NCBI GenBank assembly: GCA_017609605.1
Contig: JAFCDO010000007.1
Coordinates: forward strand, 17,997 to 81,996
DNA from: Candidatus Parvarchaeota archaeon
GTDB lineage: Archaea > Nanobdellota > Nanobdellia > JAAOXT01
Length of the DNA: 64,000 nucleotides
Reading direction: 5' to 3'
Position numbers and translations under genes: made by a program. The notes under the pieces are model-generated. The model saw only the letters and a program-made list of their open reading frames with translations. It had not been told where the DNA came from and ran no database searches. Position 1 is the first letter of the stretch, and each line of letters opens with the position of its first letter. Of the stretch, positions 47,736 to 56,728 are shown piece by piece.

Positions 47736-48494
47736 TTAGTCTATGCTTAGTTTTAAGATGATTTCTGTTGAGCCCGCGTCACTTGTTTTTTTGGTATCTA
47801 TACTATTGAATCTTATGTTTAAAGTGTGGTCTCCCTGACCCGTCTCGCAGTTTGAATCGCATTGTAGCACGTAGCTTATTTCTTTGCCAAAACTGTCTTT
47901 TAGCGCGCGGTATTTCAGTTTTATCAGGACTTTTTGGAAATCTCCTGAGGGAATGCTTTTCCCTATAACCACTCCTGCTGGGTCCCTACCAACCACTCCC
48001 GTGTTTTCAATGTCTTTTCCCAGTATGACCGCGCTTGTCCCATCCGTTTGGATGGAGCCGATAATGTATTCTACGCTTGCTTTGGTTATGGTGTTGAATT
48101 GGGTTGCGCAATCCGAGTCCACGATCATGTCCGTGCTGTTCATACATAGTGAAGTGTAGGTTCCTTGAGCAGTGCTGTTGTAAACGCTTATCTGGTATTC
48201 CACTCCTTCGAACACTGCTGTCCCGTTTTTAGGGTTTTGAAACCCTGTTCGTGTCGGGCAGGTCGTGCAATCGCTTGAAGTGTTGACGCTGGTCAAGTTC
48301 TTTTTGGTGGGCATTTGCGTGCCTGATAATGGCACCCAATAGTTCACAGCTATTACGGGAACTCTTGTGCTGGTATCCCATTGGACCGTTCCGTTGTAGA
48401 TTCGCAGGTTTTCTCCTGCGTTTAGTCCTATTTTTATGGTCATAGAGCTTTTGGAGTTGCCAACGTATCGGATAGCGCTGTCAATTTCAGTCAT
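47736..48494 (-). CDS. Hypothetical Cys-containing protein of the pilus-like operon (252 aa)
   Basis: ORF between the pilin and the ATPase. No signal peptide from the annotated ATG. Confidence 0.5.
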   Translation of the reverse strand: MTEIDSAIRYVGNSKSSMTIKIGLNAGENLRIYNGTVQWDTSTRVPVIAVNYWVPLSGTQMPTKKNLTSVNTSSDCTTCPTRTGFQNPKNGTAVFEGVEYQISVYNSTAQGTYTSLCMNSTDMIVDSDCATQFNTITKASVEYIIGSIQTDGTSAVILGKDIENTGVVGRDPAGVVIGKSIPSGDFQKVLIKLKYRALKDSFGKEISYVLQCDSNCETGQGDHTLNIRFNSIDTKKTSDAGSTEIILKLSID

Positions 48495-48626
48495 TTTTGC
48501 GATTACGTTGTCTATGTGTGCTTTGTCAGTGCTTTTTTCGATTAGGGGTTTGCCCCAAATGATTGTTGCAGCGACTATAGTTTTCGCATTATTGATAATT
48601 TAGAAGTTTTAGGATTATTAATGTTT

Positions 48627-49139
48627 TTAGGATGCGTGCCCTTCTTGTACTGTGCAGGTTGCTGTTCCACTTGAGCCTACAGGACTGGTAAATTTTAGTG
48701 AGTAATCAGTGGTGGAATCTATCCCGTTTTTCATTTCGTCGAAACCTACGTTTAGTGTTGTGAAACCGTTTGAGTCAACTGATGCAAGACTGGTGGTATT
48801 GGTTTCCAAGTCGTTTCCTTCCGAGTTCCTTAGTATGGCGTACCAGGTTCCAGCCTTGATTTTTTCGACTCCGTTGTTCTGTATTATCACGGTTATGTTT
48901 CCTTGCGTTGCGGATCCCGCTGTTTGGTTTCTGCAGATGAGGCTTATAACGCTTAGGCTTGACCCACTGCTTCCTAGGGTTTGACTGACTTGCGCGCTGG
49001 TAGAAGTTTCTATTTGGGTGCTGAGACTGCTCATCCAGAAGTAAGCTCCTGCCGCGGCGGCTACTGTCATCATGAGCAATAAGACTGTGGCGATTACGGG
49101 GGTTATACCTTTTTTGTTGATTCTAATCACTGGTCTCAT
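48627..49139 (-). CDS. Archaeal type IV pilin (class III signal peptide)
   Basis: MRPVIRINKKG|ITPVIATVLLLMMTVAAAAGAYFW is the classic archaeal pilin N-terminal domain (KG|xxPVIAxxLL). S/T/N-rich globular part. Confidence 0.85.
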   Translation of the reverse strand: MRPVIRINKKGITPVIATVLLLMMTVAAAAGAYFWMSSLSTQIETSTSAQVSQTLGSSGSSLSVISLICRNQTAGSATQGNITVIIQNNGVEKIKAGTWYAILRNSEGNDLETNTTSLASVDSNGFTTLNVGFDEMKNGIDSTTDYSLKFTSPVGSSGTATCTVQEGHAS

Positions 49140-49294
49140 TTGTCATCCTATATTAGGAGGTTTTGGGTATTTAGTTGTTTCTGGAGCGGGAAGAGGTTGC
49201 TTTAAGGAAGGTTCTATCGAAACAGGTTCTTCTAATGGAGTGGATTGCTCAAATGATGAGCTGGCTTGTTCGTTGAGGGTTTTGAGCTGGGATA

Positions 49295-49621
49295 TTATTT
49301 CATCCAATTTTTTCGGAAATTCTTCGCCACTTTTTTCTTCTTCATCTTCTTCTTCGCTTTGAGTAGGTCGACCATTTCAGTTATTTGCTCGACCATATCA
49401 CTGATTTTTATCATTAATTCAACCATTTTTGATTGTAGGGAAATGTTCATTCCTGCTAGTTTGCTTATTTGCACGCTTAATTCGCTTATCCCGATGCGAA
49501 GGTCCATCATGTTTATGTCTGGGACTGTTTCTTCATTTTCTTCTTTTTCCATTTTAGCAAGTTCTTCTTGTATGGATTTTAATGGAGACAAGCTTAAGTC
49601 AGAGTATTTTTTTTTAGTCAT
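49295..49621 (-). CDS. Coiled-coil protein, first gene of the pilus-like operon; probably continues to 49143 after a frame change
   Basis: Heptad-like MDLRIGISELSVQISKLAGMNISLQSKMVELMIKISDMVEQITEMVDLL. See the finding on the open -1 frame. Confidence 0.5.
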   Translation of the reverse strand: MTKKKYSDLSLSPLKSIQEELAKMEKEENEETVPDINMMDLRIGISELSVQISKLAGMNISLQSKMVELMIKISDMVEQITEMVDLLKAKKKMKKKKVAKNFRKNWMK

Positions 49622-49717
49622 GGTTACTGCTTTATTAGAATGAAAATGGTTCTTAATAAAGTTTTGTTGTGAGCTTTTTCGTAACTCTTAAATAATGCTA
49701 GAGCGGTTTTGGAATTA

Positions 49718-50416
49718 ATGAAAATTGACACTCATGTTCACACTGTTTACGGCTCGTTTAGCGAAAAATATTGTTCTCATAGAACTGGAGGGCTTGAAGT
49801 ACTGGACAGCGCTGTTGAAAAAGGTTTGGATGCGGTAGTTCTTATGGATAAATTTTTACCTTTAGAATCTTATGATTATGTGAGTTCTCAGAATGATTCT
49901 GGATTGAAAGTTTTTCTGGGTCAGGAAGTTATGTGCCCTGAATGTCATGTAGGAGTTATCCCGAGGTCTTTGGATTTTATTCCTTTTGAACCAACATCTT
50001 CTGTTGATGAGGTCCTATCGAGTGATCAAGAATTAGTTTTTATTCTTTTTCATCCATTGTTTGTTTGGGATTTTGCGGAGGAAAGAGCTGACCCGATAGG
50101 TTTTGATGGGGTGGAATTGTACAACGCTCAAGTTCCAGCAGTGTTTTCTTCAAGGAACATTATGAGGACTTACGAGACGTTTAAAGGGTTTCGCGGTTTT
50201 TCAAACCCGTTTTTTGGTTTAACAGCTGGTTCTGATAATCATGATAGCAAATTGAGTGGATTGCACACTGTTTTTCCGGAAATTAGTTCTCAGCAAGAGT
50301 TGTTCGAGGCGGTTAAGCAAGGTAAATTTTATCCTGTGTCTAAAACCATTCCTTTTTATAGGACTCAGCAGAATGTTAGCATGATTGCTGATTACTTTTC
50401 CGTTAAATTTAAATGA
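49718..50416 (+). CDS. PHP-domain protein (second paralog)
   Basis: MKIDTHVHTVYGS (ATG 49718; the track start is TTG 49709); FHPLF...GSDNHD motifs. Confidence 0.6.
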   Translation: MKIDTHVHTVYGSFSEKYCSHRTGGLEVLDSAVEKGLDAVVLMDKFLPLESYDYVSSQNDSGLKVFLGQEVMCPECHVGVIPRSLDFIPFEPTSSVDEVLSSDQELVFILFHPLFVWDFAEERADPIGFDGVELYNAQVPAVFSSRNIMRTYETFKGFRGFSNPFFGLTAGSDNHDSKLSGLHTVFPEISSQQELFEAVKQGKFYPVSKTIPFYRTQQNVSMIADYFSVKFK

Positions 50417-50445
50417 ATTTTTTTAAAATAAAAAGGTTTGGGCTG

Positions 50446-52080
50446 TCACATCATTCCACCCATGCCTCCCATGCCTTGTGGTGGCATTGGTGGCATGCTC
50501 GTCTTGCTGGCAGCTATGACGTCGTCGATGCGCAAAATCATTATTGAGACTTCGCTTGCGGACTGTATTGCTTGAGTTTTGACTTTTAAAGGCTCTATGA
50601 CTCCTTTTTCCCACATGTCCACTGACTTATTCGCGAAAACGTCGACTCCTGCCCATAAATTGTTTTTTTCGTGTTCTGCTTTGAGTTGCACTAGCGTGTC
50701 GATTGGGTCGAATCCTGCGTTTTCGGCGAGAGTTCTTGGAATGACTTCTAAAGCTTCTGCAAAGGCTTTTACCGCGAGTTGTTCCCTTCCTTGGAGGGTT
50801 TGAGCGTATTTGATTAGTTCTTTGGATACTTCCATTTCTGGCGCGCCGCCGCCTGCAACCACTCTTTTGTCTTTTACCACGCTTGCCAGGTCGCCTAGCG
50901 CGTCTTTCACGGCTCTTTCGACTTCGTCTATTACGTGGTTGGTTCCTCCTCTTACTAAAATGGTGACTGCTTTCGGGTTCTTGCATCTGCGTACGAATGT
51001 CATCTCGTCTCCAGCAATTTTTTGCTGTTCTATTAATCCTGCGAAGCCTAGGTCGGTTGTCGTGATTTCTTCCAGGTTGTTCAGTACTTTTCCGCTAGTT
51101 GCTTTGGCCAGTTTTTCCATGTCGCTTTTTTTAACCCGTCTTATCGCAAGGATTCCTGCTTTGGACAAGTGGTATTGGGCTATGTCGTCGATTCCTTTTT
51201 GGCAGAAAATCACGTTCGCCCCGCTTTTCTTGACTTTTTCAACCATTTCTTTGAGCATTTTTTCTTCTTGCTCCACGAATTCTTGTAGTTGTGTTGGGCT
51301 TGTAATGTTTATTTTAGCGTCGGTTTCTGGTTCTTTGACTTCCAGTGCAGTATCAAGTAATAGTATTTTAGCTTTCTCAACTTTTTTGGGCATGTCTGAG
51401 TGAACGCCTTCTTTGTCTATTAATAACCCGTTGATGAGTTCTGAGTCGTCGATGCCGCCACCCGTTTTTTTCTCGACTTTTATGTTGTCAAGGTCGAGCG
51501 TGTAGCCGTCCCCGTTTTTTTCGGTTACTTGTTTTATAGCTGTCACGAGTATTTTTGAGAGTTTGTCTTTGCTCATCTCAGCGTTTTTTCCGGTCATCGC
51601 GGTAATAGCAATTTTTTCGAGAATGTCTGAGTCGTTAACGTCAATAATTTTTCCTATTTTGTTGAGTATTTCTATGGCTTTTTCGCTGGCCATCCTGTAT
51701 CCTTTGGAAATGACGCTGGAGTGAATGTTTTGGTCTAGCAAGTCTTCTGCTTTTTTGAGCAGTTCCCCGGCTATGACGACGGATGTTGTCGTGCCGTCAC
51801 CAACTTCTTCTTCTTGGGTTTTTGCTATTTCGACCATCATTTTAGCTGCTGGGTGTTCAATTTCCATTTCTTCTAGGATTGTTACCCCGTCATTGGTTAC
51901 TACGACGTCTCCTAATGAGTCTACAAGCATTTTGTCCATGCCTTTTGGCCCGAGAGTTGTTCGAACAGTGTCAGCAATGACTCTTGCTGCTAGGATGTTT
52001 GTTCTTTGAGCGTTCCTTCCCATATTTCTTTGAAACCCTTCTGGTAGGACGATAATTGGTTGGTTTGTTCCGTTTGTCAT
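50446..52080 (-). CDS. ths: Thermosome subunit (group II chaperonin)
   Basis: [36 protein letters not shown]-terminal GMGGMGGMM. Confidence 0.95.
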   Translation of the reverse strand: MTNGTNQPIIVLPEGFQRNMGRNAQRTNILAARVIADTVRTTLGPKGMDKMLVDSLGDVVVTNDGVTILEEMEIEHPAAKMMVEIAKTQEEEVGDGTTTSVVIAGELLKKAEDLLDQNIHSSVISKGYRMASEKAIEILNKIGKIIDVNDSDILEKIAITAMTGKNAEMSKDKLSKILVTAIKQVTEKNGDGYTLDLDNIKVEKKTGGGIDDSELINGLLIDKEGVHSDMPKKVEKAKILLLDTALEVKEPETDAKINITSPTQLQEFVEQEEKMLKEMVEKVKKSGANVIFCQKGIDDIAQYHLSKAGILAIRRVKKSDMEKLAKATSGKVLNNLEEITTTDLGFAGLIEQQKIAGDEMTFVRRCKNPKAVTILVRGGTNHVIDEVERAVKDALGDLASVVKDKRVVAGGGAPEMEVSKELIKYAQTLQGREQLAVKAFAEALEVIPRTLAENAGFDPIDTLVQLKAEHEKNNLWAGVDVFANKSVDMWEKGVIEPLKVKTQAIQSASEVSIMILRIDDVIAASKTSMPPMPPQGMGGMGGMM

Positions 52081-52202
52081 TTTTAATTATTCACCTTTTT
52101 TTTTATTGAGCATTAAAGATTTTTTATTTTTGTTTTGGAATTGGAATGAAGCAGGGTTTTTAAAGGTTTTTGGTTTTTATGTATGGTTAAGTAGCCTTTT
52201 TT

Positions 52203-52874
52203 TTATTCGTTTTTGACCAGGAATAATGAGTGGTCTTTTTCAAAGGGTTCTAAGCGTTTTTTGTCAATTATTTTAAAGTGCTTTCTTAACTCTTTTTCGA
52301 CTTCATCGAACACGGTTTGCGGTTTTTTGGTCACGTCAATGCTTCTGGCTTTTACAGCTATCATGGCGTAACCCCCTTTTTTGAGGAAGCGCTTGTTTTT
52401 GATGAAAATTCTTGCCTGATCTTTTTGAGCGATGTCTTGGAAGATGAAGTCTGCTTGCACCACTAAGTTCTCGTAGTTCTTTGTTAACGCGGCGCTTTCA
52501 AGAATTGGAGCCAAGTTCTTTCTTTCTTCGGCGAGGAACACGAGGTCTCTCATAACTCTTGGCGCGATTTCAACGCAGTACACTAATCCCGATGACCCCA
52601 CTATGTCTGATACGTGGCTCACAGTGGTTCCGCTAGCGCTTCCCAAGTAAAGCACGATGTTTCCCTGGTTTATAGGTATTTTTTTGATTCCTTTGTGTAT
52701 GGCGGCGCCTAGCTTGCTTCGATTCGGATTCCAAACCCGGTACTCCTTGTTTTTTACTTTCAGAACGGGTTCCCCATAAACCGTTTTTTCAGGAGTCAAG
52801 TTTTTCGTTGCAAGAACTTTTCTTTTCTTGTTTAGAATCCATAAACAATTGTCAACCACGCGGGAAACTTTCAT
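52203..52874 (-). CDS. flpA: Fibrillarin (rRNA/tRNA 2'-O-methyltransferase)
   Basis: YRVWNPNRSKLGAAI, VLYLGSASGTTVSHVSDIVG, VYCVEIAPRVMRDL. Confidence 0.95.
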   Translation of the reverse strand: MKVSRVVDNCLWILNKKRKVLATKNLTPEKTVYGEPVLKVKNKEYRVWNPNRSKLGAAIHKGIKKIPINQGNIVLYLGSASGTTVSHVSDIVGSSGLVYCVEIAPRVMRDLVFLAEERKNLAPILESAALTKNYENLVVQADFIFQDIAQKDQARIFIKNKRFLKKGGYAMIAVKARSIDVTKKPQTVFDEVEKELRKHFKIIDKKRLEPFEKDHSLFLVKNE

Positions 52875-53833
52875 TTCAGTTTTTCCTCTAATTCTTTAAT
52901 AAGTTTTTTACTAATATCCTTTTTATCAGGGCTGAAGTAATCAACTTTTGTCGCAGTCACTATTTTGCTGGCAAGCGCTCGCGCCATGCGACCCCTGTCT
53001 TTTCTGCTTGCTTTTTGCATTAGGGGGTGTTGCAGGATTACTCCATGCTTCGGAGGTTTTGCGCCGGTTCTTAAATGTCTGAACAATGCTTTTTCGGCTC
53101 CGAGCACTTGCACTGTGCTTGAGCTCATGAAAGCCAGTTTTTTCAGGCTTCCAGCAATGCTTAAGAGTTTGGATCCGAGTGAAGGGGTGGCGACTTTTGA
53201 CAGGTTTGGAACAATTTTTTCCATGCTTGTTTCCATGTCAGCGCGCATTTCTTCCCGAGTTTTTATCAATTGATTGCAGGATTCAGCAAATTTCTGGATT
53301 ATTTTCGTGTTCATACCATCAGCACCCATACCTGTTTTAGGGCTCCCAGTTTTCTTGGATACATGGATTCGTTCAGGGTTTTCCGAAAGTATTTTGAACA
53401 TTTTGTCCATGTTACCAATTTTTTTTAAGCTTTCAGGATAGTGGAGCCCGTACCATTCATTTATTCGCTCGTACAGCTTGTTGATGGTGTTGTTGATGTC
53501 TTCGATAGCATTGGCTAATTGGATTATTTCTAAGTCTTTGGAATAACTGTTTTTTACCTTGATTTTGGTTAACTCCAAGCAGAACTTGTTCATGTATTCC
53601 GAGAATTCACTGGAGGTCTGAAATTTTTGTTTTACAACACTTTTTTCTGGTTCTTCAGGAATTATTTCAAATTTTCCGAGGGTTTTCTTAAACTCTTCTT
53701 TTAAAACCTTATCTTTACCTTCAGAGTACTCTTTAGGGCTTATGATAACATCTTTTTTTTTAAGAACCTTTCCTTGAGGAGTTATGGCGTAAAGCCCGAA
53801 AGGAAGGGTTTTAATCATTGCACGCTGAGTCAT
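52871..53833 (-). CDS. nop5: Nop5 (Nop56/58) C/D box sRNP core protein
   Basis: Nop domain GSKLLSIAGSLKKLAFMSSSTVQVLGAEKALFRHL...KHGVILQHP. ATGA overlap with flpA. Rather short at 320 aa. Confidence 0.9.
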   Translation of the reverse strand: MTQRAMIKTLPFGLYAITPQGKVLKKKDVIISPKEYSEGKDKVLKEEFKKTLGKFEIIPEEPEKSVVKQKFQTSSEFSEYMNKFCLELTKIKVKNSYSKDLEIIQLANAIEDINNTINKLYERINEWYGLHYPESLKKIGNMDKMFKILSENPERIHVSKKTGSPKTGMGADGMNTKIIQKFAESCNQLIKTREEMRADMETSMEKIVPNLSKVATPSLGSKLLSIAGSLKKLAFMSSSTVQVLGAEKALFRHLRTGAKPPKHGVILQHPLMQKASRKDRGRMARALASKIVTATKVDYFSPDKKDISKKLIKELEEKLK

Positions 53834-53880
53834 TGAAATAACTAAAAATTTATATTAGCTTAAATACTTATTGAGTTGCT

Positions 53881-54570
53881 ATGACAGTTAGGATTTCAAC
53901 AGGCATTCCTGGAATGGATAAACTCATTGAAGGAGGTTTCAATGTTGGCGACATAATTCTTGTTTCGGGAGGCACGGGTACAGGTAAAACAATTTTTGGA
54001 CTTCAGTTCCTTTATAACAATAAGGATTTTAATGGTCTTTACATATCTTTTGAGGAGAGCAAGGAAGATTTGTTCAGGGATGGGAAACAGTTCGGCTGGG
54101 ATTTAGAGGAGATGGAGAAGACAGGTAAACTGAAAGTTGTTTATTATCCTCCTTTCGAGTTTGATAAACTCTTAGATCAATTAGAGGACATAATTGTTAA
54201 GACAAAAGCTAAACGAATCGTGATTGATTCAGCAAGCATTTTCGGTCTTTACGTTAAGGACTTGTACGAGCTTAGAAGGAAAATATACAAGCTGTCCAAA
54301 GTGATAAAAAAAACGGGTTGTACTTGTCTTGTCATCAGCGAGATTGTTGGCGAATCCTCTTCTGAATCCCTTGCTGGTAAGTACTCGCGTTTCGGCGTCG
54401 AGGAGTTCGTCGCTGATGGAGTGATAATCTTTCATTACACGGGTTTGGGGGGGGACTTTGACAGGACGGTTCAAGTACTCAAAATGAGGAGAACAAATCA
54501 GAAGAGAGGGTTGTTTCCCATGAAAATTGGTAAGAAAGGTATTGTAGTGAAGCCGAACGTTTCTGGATAA
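53881..54570 (+). CDS. KaiC/RadA-like single-domain RecA-superfamily ATPase
   Basis: ISTGIPGMDKLIEGGF, Walker A SGGTGTGKT, Walker B RIVIDSAS. Confidence 0.8.
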   Translation: MTVRISTGIPGMDKLIEGGFNVGDIILVSGGTGTGKTIFGLQFLYNNKDFNGLYISFEESKEDLFRDGKQFGWDLEEMEKTGKLKVVYYPPFEFDKLLDQLEDIIVKTKAKRIVIDSASIFGLYVKDLYELRRKIYKLSKVIKKTGCTCLVISEIVGESSSESLAGKYSRFGVEEFVADGVIIFHYTGLGGDFDRTVQVLKMRRTNQKRGLFPMKIGKKGIVVKPNVSG

Positions 54571-54574
54571 TTAA

Positions 54575-54973
54575 ATGGGGTCTGATAATCAAAGCGCGAG
54601 AATAAGGAATTATGCTATCGCTGGTTTTTGTATTGTCCTCGCGGTTCTGGCAGTGACGTCATTTTTGAAAATATTGTCGTTGGGTCTTGGAGCACCGCAG
54701 ATTAATACTCGGTCGGAGTGCAGTAACGATTCTGCCAACGTTTTTATTGGCGCGAACGAAGACCTCAAAAACGTGAAATGTGTGGCTCTTGATAAGGAAT
54801 TATTTGATATATCGGAAATCGTTATAGGGGATTTATCGAAGAACGATGAAGATGTTTGCAGGTTCAAGTTGTCAAAAAATACGACGGAGCCGTTAAGATT
54901 TGAAGTGCAGTATAATGGTAAAGTCAAGAGAGAGGTTTGCGAATGGCAACATTACCCTAGGTATGCGGATTAA
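54575..54973 (+). CDS. Membrane-anchored hypothetical protein (132 aa)
   Basis: N-terminal TM YAIAGFCIVLAVLAVTSFL; 4 extracytoplasmic Cys. Starts 4 nt after the KaiC-like gene. Confidence 0.45.
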   Translation: MGSDNQSARIRNYAIAGFCIVLAVLAVTSFLKILSLGLGAPQINTRSECSNDSANVFIGANEDLKNVKCVALDKELFDISEIVIGDLSKNDEDVCRFKLSKNTTEPLRFEVQYNGKVKREVCEWQHYPRYAD

Positions 54974-55037
54974 CTCTTAAATACGGGCAGAACCATTAGT
55001 TTTATAAATTAATGAATATGTAGGTTGCAAGAAAAAA

Positions 55038-55316
55038 ATGAAGGTCGAAGTCATAACTGATAAGAAAAACGAGCTTAAGTTTAAGATAAGCGGCGCTGAC
55101 CCGCATTCTTTCTGCAATCTTTTGAGAGTGGAGTTATTGGAAGACTTGGACGTGATCACCGCGGGTTATATGAAAGAACACCCTTTGTATGATTACGCGA
55201 TTTTTACTCTTAAAACAAAAAATAAGAAGCCGATAACAGTTCTGAAAGCAGGTATTAAAAAAATAGTTAAGGATTTAGACGTTTTTGAGAAAAAAGTTAA
55301 GGCAGTCGTGAAATAA
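55038..55316 (+). CDS. rpoL: DNA-directed RNA polymerase subunit L (Rpo11)
   Basis: ELKFKISGADPHSFCNLLRVELLEDLDVITAGYMKEHPL is the Rpb11/RpoL pattern. Confidence 0.85.
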   Translation: MKVEVITDKKNELKFKISGADPHSFCNLLRVELLEDLDVITAGYMKEHPLYDYAIFTLKTKNKKPITVLKAGIKKIVKDLDVFEKKVKAVVK

Positions 55317-55414
55317 AAAAAAGAGTTTTTTTTCAGCGTTTGACTATCAAATGATTTAATTGAAAGCGAGGAAAAGCTTTAATTACTGCTGATTTTTATT
55401 AGTTTGATTTTAGG

Positions 55415-55999
55415 ATGAAATTGAAAAAATCTTTAAAGAAATTTTGGGATTTCTTATGGCATGGGGAGAGCGTTTGGTCTTACCTCGCGTTCATAATATT
55501 TAGTTTCATAACCTTGTCAATTCTTTACCAATTATTTTTGTTCTTTCTCGGTTTTTTCGGGGTTGAAGACTTGTTCGTCGTAATCACTGGTAGCATGCTT
55601 CATTCAGGGGACATTGAGAGTCCTTATTATGAATGGATGGAACTGCACGGTTTTAATCGTTCTCAGCTTGACTCCTGGATTTTTTCTGACGGCTTGAACT
55701 TGGGTGATTTGATGGTAATAATGAAAGTCAACCCAGAGGAATTGGAGGTTGGAGACGTGATTGTTTATAACCCGGAGGGAGCGGAATACAAAATTATTCA
55801 CAGAGTAATATTTATAAACGAGAGTGATGGTAACTTGTCTTTCACCACAAAAGGAGACGCTAATTTCGGCGTGCTAAGCTTTGAGCGAGAACTTTCTTGT
55901 AACGAAGTTGTTGGGCGCGCGGAGCACCGCGTTCCTTTTGTAGGGATCCCAAAAATGATTGTTACGCGTGTTTGGATGATTATTAAAGGCGGTGTTTGA
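55415..55999 (+). CDS. Signal peptidase I (archaeal Sec11/S26B type)
   Basis: N-terminal TM, catalytic-Ser box ITGSML, GDVIVY, His box IIHRVI, TKGDAN. Confidence 0.75.
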   Translation: MKLKKSLKKFWDFLWHGESVWSYLAFIIFSFITLSILYQLFLFFLGFFGVEDLFVVITGSMLHSGDIESPYYEWMELHGFNRSQLDSWIFSDGLNLGDLMVIMKVNPEELEVGDVIVYNPEGAEYKIIHRVIFINESDGNLSFTTKGDANFGVLSFERELSCNEVVGRAEHRVPFVGIPKMIVTRVWMIIKGGV

Positions 56000-56006
56000 A
56001 CTAAAG

Positions 56007-56309
56007 ATGGAATTTTGTAAGAAGTGCGAAGGCTTGTTAGTATGTTCTGAAGGAAAAGTTTTTTGTATGCGTTGCGGGACGAGCACTAAGACCAAGTTAA
56101 ACGTTTTGAAGGAGAAGGGAATGAGTTCTAAAATTATATTGGTTGTGGACGAAGATTTGGATAAGACTTTGCCGAAGACCAAAGCGCATTGTCCTGAGTG
56201 CGGTAACGTGGAAGCGTATTATTGGTTGAAGCAGACGAGGAGTCCTGACGAGCCTCCAACAACTTTTTTCAAATGCGTGAAGTGCAAGAAGATTTGGAGA
56301 GAGTACTGA
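56007..56309 (+). CDS. tfs: Transcription factor S / RNAP subunit M (TFS)
   Basis: N-terminal ribbon FCKKCEGLL...CMRCG; C-terminal TFIIS ribbon CPECGNVEAYYWLKQTRSPDEPPTTFFKCVKCKKIW. Confidence 0.9.
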   Translation: MEFCKKCEGLLVCSEGKVFCMRCGTSTKTKLNVLKEKGMSSKIILVVDEDLDKTLPKTKAHCPECGNVEAYYWLKQTRSPDEPPTTFFKCVKCKKIWREY

Positions 56310-56351
56310 ACAATAATCCTTAAAAAAACTGGAGTAGTTCTTTGTTATTTA

Positions 56352-56687
56352 ATGGAAGATGCTCGCGAACCCGTGCCTGCAAGGGAAACAGTTATCAGTA
56401 ATATTAGTCCGGGTAAGGACTCGCGCTTGGCGTTGATTGGTACTGTTGTTGGTAAGGACGCGGACGTGACAGCTTTAACTTTGGATGATGGAACTGGAAC
56501 AATTATTGTTCTTCTTTCCAGCGATTCTTTGTTCGAGAAAATCCCTCTGGGGGTTTTTGTCCGAGTCGTAGGATTATTATTGCCTTTGGGTGATGATTTT
56601 GAGTTAAGAGCAGAAATTATTCAGGACATGAATGGATTGGATAAGGAACTGTTCTTTAAAGCGCGTAAGATGATAGGATTGGAGTGA
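56352..56687 (+). CDS. Small OB-fold protein (RPA14/RPA32-OB-like)
   Basis: LIGTVVGKD...LTLDDGTGTIIVLL...FVRVVG is the same OB signature as in 31786-32367. Sits between tfs and pcna. Confidence 0.45.
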   Translation: MEDAREPVPARETVISNISPGKDSRLALIGTVVGKDADVTALTLDDGTGTIIVLLSSDSLFEKIPLGVFVRVVGLLLPLGDDFELRAEIIQDMNGLDKELFFKARKMIGLE

Positions 56688-56728
56688 AATAAAGTTTATA
56701 AACTCAACCCATTTCAGGATTAATCGTA

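Noticed and set aside
50579-52009. Multiple antisense or alternative-frame ORFs within the thermosome gene. The same occurs within mcm, alaS, cooS, top6B and the giant pilin-like gene.
   Set aside because: They are shadow ORFs of long, strongly supported genes, with low-complexity Ser/Leu/Phe-rich translations.
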